Shown here: positions 51,626 to 61,667 of the stretch, one piece after another
Layout of the letters: each line of letters starts with the position of its first letter
Numbering within the stretch: position 1 is the first letter of the stretch
Origin: Candidatus Levyibacteriota bacterium
Lineage (GTDB): Bacteria; Patescibacteriota; Microgenomatia; Levybacterales; UBA12049
Reading direction: 5' to 3'
DNA: 64,000 nucleotides
Assembly (NCBI GenBank): GCA_016186625.1
Contig: JACPLG010000003.1
Location: forward strand, 98,576 to 162,575
Position numbers and translations under genes: made by a program
The notes under the pieces: model-generated
What the model saw: the letters and a program-made list of their open reading frames with translations, nothing else
Database searches by the model: none
Told to the model about the DNA's origin: nothing

Positions 51626-51675
51626 TGACCATGGCATACCTCGATTGCAAAAACCTTTGGAAATTGTTTTTTATT

Positions 51676-52539
51676 TTAAGAAGTGGTGACGCTATCCCAA
51701 TCAGAGGAAAATTTTTCAATTCCTTTATCCGTTAGGGTATGTTTTATATCAAACTGATCCCAATTATTTTCTAAATTAAGCTCCTTATACGAAATGTTTA
51801 AAAGTGAACCTTTATTATATTCATAACTTTCCAAACCTTCTAAATGGCGTTCCCCAAGTTCTTCATAAATTTTTGCCGGTGCAGTTATAATATCTGATCC
51901 TAATTTTACAGCATATTTAAGATGGTCAATACTTCTAACACTTGCAGTCAAAACTTCAACATGTCTATCACTATCCTTAAACATTTTAATAATATTTTTT
52001 ATAAGATCCATGCCGTTTTCTCCTATATCATCTAGTCTTCCGATAAAAGGAGAAACAAAAACATCACCTTTTTTTGCTCCTTTTGTTGCACAGTAAACTG
52101 CTGCTGCCTGTTCCTGGGAAAAACAAAGTGTCATATTAACTCTTATACCTAAATCGATTGATCTTCTTGCGGCAATTAACCCTTCTCTGTTAATCGGAAA
52201 TTTAATATGTGCATTTGGAATCCAGGTATACATTTCTTTGGCTTGGCTTAGCATTTCATTTGCAGTTGAATCCTTATCTGCATAAACTTCAATTGACACA
52301 AATCCTTCTGGAATTAATTTTGATATTTTCCCAACAGTGTCTTTGTAGAAATTTAAAAGCTCTTCCCGCTTTACCTTCTCTCTTCCACTTAATAAACTTT
52401 TAATAGCTGGATTTTTAATAGCAAGAGTGGGATTTGTAGTCTGACCGTCAAGCCGGCCAATTAATTTTATTACTTCCGCTGTTTCATTTGGATCGGCGCT
52501 GTCTAAAAATAATCTTGTTTTTATATTGTTAAGGCTCAT
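51676..52539 (-). CDS. tal: Transaldolase family protein
   Basis: FLDSA, TTNPT, IKFP, NMTLCFS, SPFIGRLDD, ASVR. Confidence 0.9.
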   Translation of the reverse strand: MSLNNIKTRLFLDSADPNETAEVIKLIGRLDGQTTNPTLAIKNPAIKSLLSGREKVKREELLNFYKDTVGKISKLIPEGFVSIEVYADKDSTANEMLSQAKEMYTWIPNAHIKFPINREGLIAARRSIDLGIRVNMTLCFSQEQAAAVYCATKGAKKGDVFVSPFIGRLDDIGENGMDLIKNIIKMFKDSDRHVEVLTASVRSIDHLKYAVKLGSDIITAPAKIYEELGERHLEGLESYEYNKGSLLNISYKELNLENNWDQFDIKHTLTDKGIEKFSSDWDSVTTS

Positions 52540-52643
52540 TTTTTATGATATTTACTTGTCACATTTTAGCTTCCCACTTGACATGTGGGAACTCGGGTAT
52601 AGTTCTTGTTTGGTATCTTCTAAAATTGGTATAAAAAGTTTAT

Positions 52644-52892
52644 TCATATTCCTAGAACATTATTTATTTTTTCTTTGTCAAAACCCAAAATATTTACTAC
52701 CGTTCCATCGTCTTTTGTGATATGAGTACAAGGCACACCCATTGATCCGCATGAATCAATTGACGCCTGCATTTCTTCGGGCTGCTGATCAATTAAAACA
52801 TCTTCAAATTGAATATTTTTCTCACTTAAGTATTGTTTTAACATTTTGCAATAAGGACATGTTGTTGTTGAGTAAATTTTTACTTTTGGCAT
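52644..52892 (-). CDS. Glutaredoxin-like (NrdH-type) protein
   Basis: CPYC, GVP, GFD. Confidence 0.9.
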   Translation of the reverse strand: MPKVKIYSTTTCPYCKMLKQYLSEKNIQFEDVLIDQQPEEMQASIDSCGSMGVPCTHITKDDGTVVNILGFDKEKINNVLGI

Positions 52893-52916
52893 ATTACTAA
52901 TTCACCTCCTTTAGTT

Positions 52917-53201
52917 TTATTTTACACTTTTTAAATTAAATTTCTCATCAGGATCTAAATAATCATTATCCTCATAACACCAGATAAATGAGTGTTCATC
53001 AGCCGGATATGAGGCCATAACTTGATGTCCTGTTTTTGCTGCATGAATCCTCATATGCTGGGCGCATGAATCACAGCAGCCAACATATCCGCAAGTCAAA
53101 CAAACTCTCTGGCCGAAAGGACAAAAATGATTTTCTTCGCACTTTTCAACTCTTGGACCAACAAATTTTTTTGGTAAATGCTTACACTCGGCTATCTTCA
53201 T
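52917..53201 (-). CDS. UBP-type zinc finger protein
   Basis: CLTCGYVGCCDS...H...H....GH...WCY. Confidence 0.85.
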   Translation of the reverse strand: MKIAECKHLPKKFVGPRVEKCEENHFCPFGQRVCLTCGYVGCCDSCAQHMRIHAAKTGHQVMASYPADEHSFIWCYEDNDYLDPDEKFNLKSVK

Positions 53202-53206
53202 ATTAA

Positions 53207-54196
53207 TTAATTCCTATAAAGCTCTGTATCGGGATGAAACGCCGCCCAGGCAAACCAGAAAAGACGAATTGGTATAACTTCCTCTTGCGTTTGTAAATTT
53301 GTGGCTTTAATCTGTCCAGAATCAGTTCGTTCCAATCTAATCGACGTGTTTCCAACAGTATCCTCTATTATTTTTTTCTTATCAAAAACGCTTTCAGGAT
53401 AGGCTTTTGATAATCCATCTAACTCAACACCATAAACTACGGTTTTTATCTGGAGTTGTCTGTTTAAATCCTTAACTCCAAAGTAAATTTCATCATCCTG
53501 CTCATAAGTGCCATAAGGGTATTGATCATAATTCCTTGAAAAACCTGTATCCCTTGATAAAACCAAAGTATCAGGGTGTTCTTTATACCACTCTCCCCAG
53601 GTAGTTGTAACAATAGGAATTTGTTTTAATTTTTCGTTTCTTCTTGCCCCGGGACCAACAATTGCCTCGCCTGTGATTTGCTGCCATAAATTCCCTTCAT
53701 ACCTGTCATACATAACCAGATCTGAGTTATGGAGTTTTCCTGATACCCCAAATTCGGTTATTACCCTGTTAACCTTTCTTTCAAACGCAACAGCTGAGCC
53801 ACAAAGAGGACAAAAAGTAACAGCAACAGGTTTATTCAGGAGAGTATCATTTACTATTTCATGCCAGTTCATTATTCTCTGAGGATACGCTCTTTGTACG
53901 CCCTCATAATCAATTGCAAAGACTATATCATTGTCATTTAACCACCCAGCTTCATTTGCGCTTTCAAATTTTGGATTATCTATTGATGGAATACAGTCTT
54001 TTCCTCCAAAGCATCCTTGTAAAAGGTCTTCTGGTTTTATTTTTGCACCGGAAAAATCAGTTTGAAATGAAACTTTGTTAACAACAGTAGAACCTGGCTC
54101 TGCTTCTTCAAACGATTGGAAACTATACTGCCCTCCTATCCATGTTAGTAAGGTTGATAGAAAAAATATGGGAATTAAAAAAATCATGTTAAACAT
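53207..54196 (-). CDS. DUF3179 family protein
   Basis: IPSID.P, WHEIVND, TFCPLCGS, FGVSG.L, FWFAW.AFHP. Confidence 0.88.
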   Translation of the reverse strand: MFNMIFLIPIFFLSTLLTWIGGQYSFQSFEEAEPGSTVVNKVSFQTDFSGAKIKPEDLLQGCFGGKDCIPSIDNPKFESANEAGWLNDNDIVFAIDYEGVQRAYPQRIMNWHEIVNDTLLNKPVAVTFCPLCGSAVAFERKVNRVITEFGVSGKLHNSDLVMYDRYEGNLWQQITGEAIVGPGARRNEKLKQIPIVTTTWGEWYKEHPDTLVLSRDTGFSRNYDQYPYGTYEQDDEIYFGVKDLNRQLQIKTVVYGVELDGLSKAYPESVFDKKKIIEDTVGNTSIRLERTDSGQIKATNLQTQEEVIPIRLFWFAWAAFHPDTELYRN

Positions 54197-54644
54197 CTTT
54201 TATTTTTTCCAGTATCAGATCGAAATTTCCACCTACCCATCTATCTAATTCGCTGTCGTTTTCGTCAAGTAAAATGAGCGTTGATTGCATTGTAACCTTA
54301 TGCTTTGATTTCATTTTCTTATCATTATCATAATCAACTTTAAGAATTGTGGTATTTCTTGGTAGTTCTCCTGCCCTTTCTTTAATTTCCTTATCTAGGA
54401 CGACACAATTGACACACCATCTTAATGCTGCAAAAAATAATAAAGTTTTCCCATTCTTTTGAGATAGCGCTAAATTACTTTCAGAATAGTCACGGTAATT
54501 TTTAAGATCCATTAAAACTCTGTTTGAGGATTTATCTAAATTACTTTCTTTTTGGGATTTACTAAAGCCATCTTTAAGAAGTAGAAAAGCAGCCACAATT
54601 AAACCGAGAGCTATAAAAATAATAAAAAAATTAAACGATTTCAT
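54189..54644 (-). CDS. Membrane-anchored thioredoxin-like protein
   Basis: WCVNC, VDYD, Q.T. Confidence 0.82.
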   Translation of the reverse strand: MKSFNFFIIFIALGLIVAAFLLLKDGFSKSQKESNLDKSSNRVLMDLKNYRDYSESNLALSQKNGKTLLFFAALRWCVNCVVLDKEIKERAGELPRNTTILKVDYDNDKKMKSKHKVTMQSTLILLDENDSELDRWVGGNFDLILEKIKDV

Positions 54645-55015
54645 ATTTTTTTAAGTTTTTCAAGTAAACTCAAAATTTTATTTGTTTCACTATTTCTGAT
54701 AATGAAGTAGCAAATTAGCTGTCCGCATTTTCTAAAGTCCACCAGTCCCAGATCTTTTAAGCTTGACAGAGCATGGGATATTGCTGACTGTGATAAATCA
54801 AGAGTAATAGAAATATCGCTTACAGAAATTTCTTCCACTTCATTAAGCAATAAGTATATTTTTAACTTAGTTGGATCCAAAAGATATCTTGCAATCCTAT
54901 GAATTTTTTCTTCTTCTTGCAAAAGTCTCATTTTTCTTTGAAAAGATTTTATCTTCCCATCAGGAAAGTAATGTGGATGCCCTTTGTGGGAATCTATATA
55001 TGAACGTATGAACAT
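54641..55015 (-). CDS. ArsR/SmtB family regulator
   Basis: DPTKLKI, SQSAISHAL; TATGAA-N6-TTCATA palindrome at 55007-55024 over the start. Confidence 0.82.
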   Translation of the reverse strand: MFIRSYIDSHKGHPHYFPDGKIKSFQRKMRLLQEEEKIHRIARYLLDPTKLKIYLLLNEVEEISVSDISITLDLSQSAISHALSSLKDLGLVDFRKCGQLICYFIIRNSETNKILSLLEKLKKI

Positions 55016-55102
55016 ATATTCATATATATACACCTTTTCACCTTCTTTGTCAACCAACAATTAAGTTTTATAACATGAGATGATATTTGGTATTATATTG
55101 AT

Positions 55103-56629
55103 ATGCTTGCAAAGGTTAATTCCGCAGCTATTATTGGGCTAAATGCCACTCCTGTTGAGGTAGAAGTAGATATCTCATCCCAAGGTCTTCCCTCTTTTAC
55201 AATTGTTGGACTTCCGGACAAAGCAGTTGAAGAAGCAAAAGAAAGGGTGAGGTCTGCTCTTAAAAACACCGGTGCAGAATTTCCGGCAAAACGAATTACA
55301 GTTAATCTTGCTCCAGCAGATCTTCCAAAAGAAGGAGCACTTTATGACCTTCCAATTGCTTTGGGGGTTTTAATTGCAAGCGAACAAATAAGGGTAAAAA
55401 TCGGATATTTTCTTTTCATGGGAGAATTATCTTTGGAGGGAAAATTAAGACATACTCCAGGAGCTTTGTCCATGGCGATTCTGGGAAAAGAAAAAAAATT
55501 AACTTCATTTTTTCTTCCTCATCAAAATGCAAAAGAAGCAGCAATCATAAAAGGGATTGACATAATTCCACTAACTTCCTTACATGAGCTTCTTGATCAT
55601 TTGTCAGAAACAAAAATTATCAAAAAACAAAAACATACATCTCTTGAGAATTTCTCAAAAGAAGATTTTGAATTTGATATGAGAGACATAAAAGGACAGG
55701 AACAGGCAAAGAGGGCCATGGAAATCTCCGCTGCAGGAGGACATAACATTATTTTAAAAGGCCCGCCTGGTGCGGGAAAAACCTTACTTGCCCGCACTTT
55801 CCCATCAATTCTTCCCAAACCAACTTTTGAGGAGGCAATTGAAATCACAAAAATTTATAGCATATCAGGCCTACTTGACAGAGAAAGTCTTGTTATAAAA
55901 CGTCCCTTCCGCTCCCCCCATCATACTACCTCCCATATTGGACTTATTGGCGGAAGCAATGTTCCAAAACCTGGAGAAATTTCTCTTGCTCACCGCGGTG
56001 TTTTATTCTTGGATGAATTTCCTGAATTTCCCCGTCACGTTTTGGAAGCAATGCGCCAACCCATGGAAGACGGATTTGTAACAATTTCTAGAGCCTCCGG
56101 AAGAATTACTTTTCCTGCAAAATTTATATTAGTGGCAGCCCAAAACCCCTGTCCTTGCGGATATTTAGGAGATCCCACGCACGAATGCCGTGACTCAACT
56201 TCTGAAATCTTGCGCTATCAAAAGAAAGTTTCAGGCCCAATACTGGATAGGATTGACATCCATCTTGATGTTCCAGCTGTAAAAGTGGAAAAGTTAACAG
56301 AACAAAAAACACCATCTGGCCCTACTTCTTCTGAGGTTAGAAAAATAATCCAAAAAGCAAGAGACTTACAAACAAAAAGATTCAGAAAAGAAAAGATTCT
56401 TTCAAATTCAGAAATGAATAACAAGTTAATTAAAAAATATTGTCAGCTTTCCAATGAATCTTTGGAAATTTTAAAGCTTGCAGTTACCAAGCTAAATCTC
56501 TCTGCCCGCTCTTACAATAAAATTATAAAAGTAAGCCGCACCATTGCAGACCTTGATAGTTCGAAAGAAATCAAACCCAACCACATCGCAGAAGCTTTGC
56601 AATATAGACCTAAATTAACAGAGATATAA
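55103..56629 (+). CDS. comM: YifB/ComM Mg-chelatase-like AAA+ ATPase
   Basis: VGLPD, NLAPA, GPPGAGKT, RSPHHT, LFLDEFPEF, NPCPCG, RTIADL. Confidence 0.93.
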   Translation: MLAKVNSAAIIGLNATPVEVEVDISSQGLPSFTIVGLPDKAVEEAKERVRSALKNTGAEFPAKRITVNLAPADLPKEGALYDLPIALGVLIASEQIRVKIGYFLFMGELSLEGKLRHTPGALSMAILGKEKKLTSFFLPHQNAKEAAIIKGIDIIPLTSLHELLDHLSETKIIKKQKHTSLENFSKEDFEFDMRDIKGQEQAKRAMEISAAGGHNIILKGPPGAGKTLLARTFPSILPKPTFEEAIEITKIYSISGLLDRESLVIKRPFRSPHHTTSHIGLIGGSNVPKPGEISLAHRGVLFLDEFPEFPRHVLEAMRQPMEDGFVTISRASGRITFPAKFILVAAQNPCPCGYLGDPTHECRDSTSEILRYQKKVSGPILDRIDIHLDVPAVKVEKLTEQKTPSGPTSSEVRKIIQKARDLQTKRFRKEKILSNSEMNNKLIKKYCQLSNESLEILKLAVTKLNLSARSYNKIIKVSRTIADLDSSKEIKPNHIAEALQYRPKLTEI

Positions 56630-56636
56630 ATATCAT

Positions 56637-56660
56637 TACGGATATACTAGTATATCCGTA
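56637..56660. other. Perfect 24-bp palindrome (operator or terminator-like)
   Basis: TACGGATATACTAGTATATCCGTA in the intergenic gap. Confidence 0.6.
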
Positions 56661-56668
56661 TTAAACAC

Positions 56669-57556
56669 ATGGAGAATCAATTTTCTAATAATCAAGCCTC
56701 ACCGAATTATTACAAGAGGAGAATTGCTGCAATCTTTGTTTTTGCAATTTTTTTTATGTTCCTTGGTCGTCATCTCACATTTCTTCCAACAATTAATCTA
56801 TCCACAAATCCTAAAGAAGTTGATTTAAAAAATGACATTGAAAAAATTATAAAAGATAGGAAGGGTTTTTATTCCATCTATTATAAAGACATAATGTCTG
56901 GAATTTTTTTTGCAATGGATGAGAAACAGATTCAAACTGGCGCATCAATTAATAAACTCCCGATAATTTCGGCACTTTATTATTTAGATAAAAACGGGAA
57001 ATTAAAACTCGATGATAAAATTACAATTCAAGAGTCTGACGTACAAGATTATGGAACAGGATCCATTCGTTATCAAACTATGCCACAGACTTATTCTCTG
57101 CGAAATCTTGCAAAGCTTGCATTAAAAGAATCTGACAATACAGCAGCCCACGTTTTGTCATTAAAAATTGGAGAAGAAAACGTACAAAAACTGGTTGACT
57201 CATGGGGGCTTAAGCAAACCAGCATGGTAAATAATAAAACTACAGTTTATGACATGGCAATTTTATTTGAAAAAATTTACAAAGGAGAAATTGCCAATCC
57301 AGAAAATTCTAAAGAGCTTTTAGAATTCTTAACAGATTCAAACATCGAAGACCGCCTTCCTGCTAAGTTACCATCAAACACAAAAGTTTATCATAAAACC
57401 GGAGACGGAGAAGGATTTATCCACGACATTGGAATAATTGAAACAGAAAAAGGCGCTTATTATCTAGGGGTCATGACATCAGATATTGGAGATCAAGAAG
57501 AACAAACAAAATCCACTATCGCCGAGATTTCAAAAAAAGTCTTTACCTATTTTTAA
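56669..57556 (+). CDS. Class A beta-lactamase-related serine hydrolase
   Basis: SINK, SDNTA, HKTG, HDIG. Confidence 0.85.
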   Translation: MENQFSNNQASPNYYKRRIAAIFVFAIFFMFLGRHLTFLPTINLSTNPKEVDLKNDIEKIIKDRKGFYSIYYKDIMSGIFFAMDEKQIQTGASINKLPIISALYYLDKNGKLKLDDKITIQESDVQDYGTGSIRYQTMPQTYSLRNLAKLALKESDNTAAHVLSLKIGEENVQKLVDSWGLKQTSMVNNKTTVYDMAILFEKIYKGEIANPENSKELLEFLTDSNIEDRLPAKLPSNTKVYHKTGDGEGFIHDIGIIETEKGAYYLGVMTSDIGDQEEQTKSTIAEISKKVFTYF

Positions 57557-57980
57557 CCTGTTCCTTAATGCTTGAAAAAACGTGGTCAACAACACTGTCT
57601 TGAATTGTGCTTCCTCTTGCTTGACTAGACATATTGGGGTCTCGTAGACCTAGATGGCCTGCTAAAGCAAGGTCATAATTTTCACCAAATGCATACCCAA
57701 TCGGAGCAGAATCAAATTCGAAAAAGTATCCATCACGAGAACTATCTCTTTTAATTTCTACAAATGAAAGTATAAATTCATTCCTCCCCACAACAAGCAT
57801 GTATCCAACATTTCCTGTCAACTCTGCTATTATTTGCTCATTTCTTGCAATTACCACTAATCCTCCTGAAAAAGAAATTTCTGTTCGGCGATGGACGCGG
57901 TCTTTCCTCATTTGACGAACTACCCTACCTTCGGCATATTGAAATGTTTGTATAGAACTAAGTCCTTGTTCTACCGCCAT
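57543..57980 (-). CDS. Hypothetical protein
   Basis: 145-aa ORF with TATAAT shortly upstream. Confidence 0.55.
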   Translation of the reverse strand: MAVEQGLSSIQTFQYAEGRVVRQMRKDRVHRRTEISFSGGLVVIARNEQIIAELTGNVGYMLVVGRNEFILSFVEIKRDSSRDGYFFEFDSAPIGYAFGENYDLALAGHLGLRDPNMSSQARGSTIQDSVVDHVFSSIKEQVKNR

Positions 57981-58024
57981 ATAATAGTCGATGGATTATA
58001 GGTTTGAGGGTAGTAAAAGTCAAT

Positions 58025-59059
58025 CTAGAGGAGTTTTTGTTGGGATTTGCTCGAAGTGTCCTCAAACGGCAGACCGAAATGTTGGTAGGCAAATTTTGTG
58101 GCAACGCGGCCGCGAGGAGAACGCTTAATAAAACCGAGCTGCATAAGATATGGCTCAATTACATCCTCAATTGTTGAAATATCTTCAGAGATGGTGGATG
58201 CCATTGTTTCAATTCCCACAGGTCCTCCCCCGTGTTTTTCAATTAAAGCCTTTAAATATCTAATATCATTATTGTCCAAACCAAGTGAATCAACTTCCAG
58301 CAGACTGAGCGCTTTGTCGGTTAAGTCTTTTGTAATTTTCCCTTCTCCATGAACTTGAGCGAAGTCGCGAACTCTTTTCAAAAGCTTTAGCGCAATCCTT
58401 GGTGTACCCCTGGCTCTAATTGATATTTCTGAAATCGAATCCCTATCTATTGCTGTTTTTAATTTTTGCGCACCGCGCTTAATAATCTCCTCAAGTTCTT
58501 TGGGGCTATAAAAATTAAGTCTGTGAACTACTCCAAAACGGTCTCTAAGAGGAGCGGAAAGAAGACCAATTCTAGTAGTTGCTCCTACTATTGTAAATTG
58601 AGGCAGATCCAAGCGTAGCGTCCTGGCACTAGGTCCTTTGCCAATGACTATGTCCAGGGCATAATCTTCCATAGCCGGGTACAGCGTTTCCTCAACGACT
58701 TTGTTGAGACGGTGCACCTCATCAATAAATAAAATGTCTCCTTTCTCAAGATTTGTAAGAATTGATGCCAGATCTCCCGCCCGTTCAATTGCCGGGCCAC
58801 TTGTTACTTTAATGTTTACTTCCATTTCTTTGGCAATAAGGTGAGAAATGGTGGTTTTCCCAAGCCCCGGAGGGCCATATAATAGTATGTGTTCTATTGG
58901 CTCTTTTCTTTTTTTGGCAGCGGAAATTGCTATTTGGAGTGCTTTTTTTATGTTTTCTTGACCAAAAAACTCCTCCCACTCTTTAGCCCGTAGCGATACG
59001 AACAAAACCTCTTCTTCGGGCGTTTCGTTTTCTGTCTTCTTTTTAGTTGGCTTAGCCAT
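58025..59059 (-). CDS. ruvB: Holliday junction helicase RuvB
   Basis: [31 protein letters not shown]. Confidence 0.97.
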   Translation of the reverse strand: MAKPTKKKTENETPEEEVLFVSLRAKEWEEFFGQENIKKALQIAISAAKKRKEPIEHILLYGPPGLGKTTISHLIAKEMEVNIKVTSGPAIERAGDLASILTNLEKGDILFIDEVHRLNKVVEETLYPAMEDYALDIVIGKGPSARTLRLDLPQFTIVGATTRIGLLSAPLRDRFGVVHRLNFYSPKELEEIIKRGAQKLKTAIDRDSISEISIRARGTPRIALKLLKRVRDFAQVHGEGKITKDLTDKALSLLEVDSLGLDNNDIRYLKALIEKHGGGPVGIETMASTISEDISTIEDVIEPYLMQLGFIKRSPRGRVATKFAYQHFGLPFEDTSSKSQQKLL

Positions 59060-59064
59060 AAATT

Positions 59065-59187
59065 CTGTTATCTGTTTTCAGTTGTCGGTTATCAGTAATT
59101 TGTCTGCCAGTTTTCAGTTTGTCAGTCGGATTAACTGAAAACCGATTAACTTGTATCCGAAAACAGAAAACCGAGAACCGATAACTG
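59065..59187. repeat. Heptamer-periodic inverted repeat between ruvA and ruvB
   Basis: Left arm ctgttat/ctgtttt/cagttgt/cggttat; right arm aaacaga/aaaccga/gaaccga/taactg. Confidence 0.7.
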
Positions 59188-59757
59188 CTACTTACCTAAA
59201 AATTTCAGTGCTAACTTGATCTTCTCCTCTGCTGTTTCAGCTTTGGAATCAATATTTTTTAGAGCTTCTCGAGCTTCTTTAGATGAAAATCCAAAACTTT
59301 GAAGAGCTTGTAAAGCCTCACTATTTTCGGGAGATTCTTCGCTTGAAAGATCCAGACTGCCAGTATCTCCAAGCTTACTTTTAAGCTCGATTATTATTTT
59401 CTGAGCATTTTTCTTGCCCAATCTTGGAATTCCCTCAAAAACACTTGTATCTCCTTTTATAACTGCATTTACTACCTCTTCCCGGGTTAAAAAAGAAAAA
59501 ATTGACATTGCAGTTCTTGGTCCAATTCCGGAAACAGAGAGTAAATTTTCAAAAAGTTTTAAATCAGCAAGTTCAGAAAATCCAAAAAGCTCCAACGCAT
59601 CTTCTCTAACATGGGTGTAAGTAAAAAGTGAAACTTCGCTATTTGTTTTTGATAAAACTTTTGAAGACACCAATACTCTGTAGCCTACCCCTCCTGTCTC
59701 TACCAAAATATGATTTCCATCTGTAAGTATAATTTTTCCCCGAATTGAACCAATCAT
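59188..59757 (-). CDS. ruvA: Holliday junction DNA-binding protein RuvA
   Basis: GGVGY, HVRED, VSGIGPRTA, GKKNAQKII.ELK. Confidence 0.96.
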   Translation of the reverse strand: MIGSIRGKIILTDGNHILVETGGVGYRVLVSSKVLSKTNSEVSLFTYTHVREDALELFGFSELADLKLFENLLSVSGIGPRTAMSIFSFLTREEVVNAVIKGDTSVFEGIPRLGKKNAQKIIIELKSKLGDTGSLDLSSEESPENSEALQALQSFGFSSKEAREALKNIDSKAETAEEKIKLALKFLGK

Positions 59758-59775
59758 AAAAAAAGTTACTAGATA

Positions 59776-60270
59776 CTAGTTATTAGATATTAGTTTGCCA
59801 AGTTTCGAACTAAAAGCATGAGTTATGGCAACTGCCAAAGCATCAGAAGTATCATCTATTTTTGGAATTTTTTCAAGTTTCAAAATCACTTTTACCATTT
59901 GGCCTATCTGATTCTTATCTGCCCTACCATATCCGGTTAGCGCCATCTTTACCTGAAGAGGCGTATAGATCGCGACATCAAGTTTGTTTTGCCCGGCCAG
60001 AAGCAATACTACTCCCCTGGCTTGTCCTACTGTAAAAGCCGTTTTTGCATTAGTGCTGAAAAATAACTCTTCAATACTTAGCACATCAGGCTTATATTCT
60101 TTTATGAATTTTTCAATCTGCGAACTTATTATAAGAAGCCTCTCCTCAATCGGCGAATTCGCCCTAGTCTCAATACACCCAGAGTTTCGAATTTCGAGTT
60201 TCGAATTTCGAGTTTCTATGATTCCCCATCCGCATCTTCCAATCCCCGGATCAACACCTAAAATAATCAT
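59776..60270 (-). CDS. ruvC: Holliday junction resolvase RuvC
   Basis: LGVDPG, EELFF, GQARGV, TGYGRADK, DD.SDALA. Confidence 0.96.
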   Translation of the reverse strand: MIILGVDPGIGRCGWGIIETRNSKLEIRNSGCIETRANSPIEERLLIISSQIEKFIKEYKPDVLSIEELFFSTNAKTAFTVGQARGVVLLLAGQNKLDVAIYTPLQVKMALTGYGRADKNQIGQMVKVILKLEKIPKIDDTSDALAVAITHAFSSKLGKLISNN

Positions 60271-60333
60271 AATTTCAAACAATTATAACAGACCTTGTGT
60301 TCGATCAAGCTTTTTTGTTAAAATATCAGGATC

Positions 60334-61098
60334 ATGAAACGGTTTTTGCTAACTGCTGAGAAGCGAAAAATTACGGGAAAACAAGTTAAAAAGCTTAGGC
60401 GTGAAGGGATACTTCCTGCAAATGTTTATGGAAAAGACATAAAATCCCAATCCCTACAGCTTCCTCTGACAGAATTTCAAAAAGTTTTTTCAGAAGCTGG
60501 AGAAACAGGATTGGTTGACCTTAAAGTGAATGGGCAGACAATACCGGTTCTAATTCACAATCTTCACACAGATTATAGGAATACTCCACTTCACGCCGAC
60601 TTTTTCAAAGTAAATCTCAAAGAAAAAGTTACTGCTATGATTCCAATCGAATTTGTGGGTGTTGCAAAAGCAGAAACTGACAAAATTGGACTTTTGGAAA
60701 AAATTACAAATGAGATTGAGGTTGAAGCGCTACCAACAGAGCTTCCTGAAAAATTTGAGCTAAATGTTGAACCACTCGCCAACATTGATGATCAAATTAC
60801 AATTGAAATGCTTCACCGACCAAAGGATGTTGAAATCCTGTCTGATCCGAATCTAGTTATTGCTAAAATTGGAGAATTAGTAACTAAAGAGGCGGCAGAG
60901 CAAGCAGCCGCAGAGGCAGCGGCAGCCGAGGCAGCGGCAGCAGAAGGCGCTCCTGAGGGAGAAGAAGGAGAAGCTGCGGAAGAAGAAGCACCAGCTGAAG
61001 GTGAAGCTAAACCAGAAGGCGAAGGCGCAAAGCCTCCAGAAGGTGGACAACCTCAAGCGCAAGACGAACCTAAGTCAGAAGAAAAGCCAAAAGAATAA
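60334..61098 (+). CDS. rplY: 50S ribosomal protein L25/Ctc
   Basis: LRREG.LPANVYG, HADF, acidic Ala/Glu-rich tail. Confidence 0.93.
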   Translation: MKRFLLTAEKRKITGKQVKKLRREGILPANVYGKDIKSQSLQLPLTEFQKVFSEAGETGLVDLKVNGQTIPVLIHNLHTDYRNTPLHADFFKVNLKEKVTAMIPIEFVGVAKAETDKIGLLEKITNEIEVEALPTELPEKFELNVEPLANIDDQITIEMLHRPKDVEILSDPNLVIAKIGELVTKEAAEQAAAEAAAAEAAAAEGAPEGEEGEAAEEEAPAEGEAKPEGEGAKPPEGGQPQAQDEPKSEEKPKE

Positions 61099-61201
61099 TT
61101 TTTAAATTAACCTAATTAGTCTAATTGCTCTAATTTCTAAACAAATCCCAATTTCAAAATCCCAAAATTTAGGTCAATTAGGTCAATTAGGAATTAGAAA
61201 T

Positions 61202-61633
61202 TTAAAAATTGCTCAGCAACTTTTCCAGCTCTCTCCCCTCCTCAAAGTTAGGATCAAATTCCAGACTTTTGTCAAGATTATTTCGGGATTCATCAATATT
61301 CTTAAGTTGAAAACTTAAAAGAGCAAGGTTAAAATAAGCATCTCTAAACTTAGGGTGTGTTCTTACTTCGCTTTCCCAGAAAGCTATTTCATTTAAAACC
61401 TTAGTTTTCTCATCAATTAAGATTTTTTGCTTGATAAAATTTGAATACAAATCTAAAGATATTATTAGGATTGCAGCAAGGATAACGACAAACCCAACAA
61501 AAAAAACAGTCTCATCCCGATTAAGTTTCTCGGGAATAATTCGGTAAATACTCGGGAATTGTTTGGATTCCTTCGCTTTCCCCTTCTTGTAAACTTTCTT
61601 TGTTTGTTTTCTTTTAAATTTCATTGTAATCAC
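61202..61633 (-). CDS. Membrane protein with a TPR repeat
   Basis: TM; P.FRDAYFNLA....DPN. Confidence 0.7.
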   Translation of the reverse strand: MITMKFKRKQTKKVYKKGKAKESKQFPSIYRIIPEKLNRDETVFFVGFVVILAAILIISLDLYSNFIKQKILIDEKTKVLNEIAFWESEVRTHPKFRDAYFNLALLSFQLKNIDESRNNLDKSLEFDPNFEEGRELEKLLSNF

Positions 61634-61667
61634 TGAATCACAGAATTGTCCACTGAACCAACAGAAT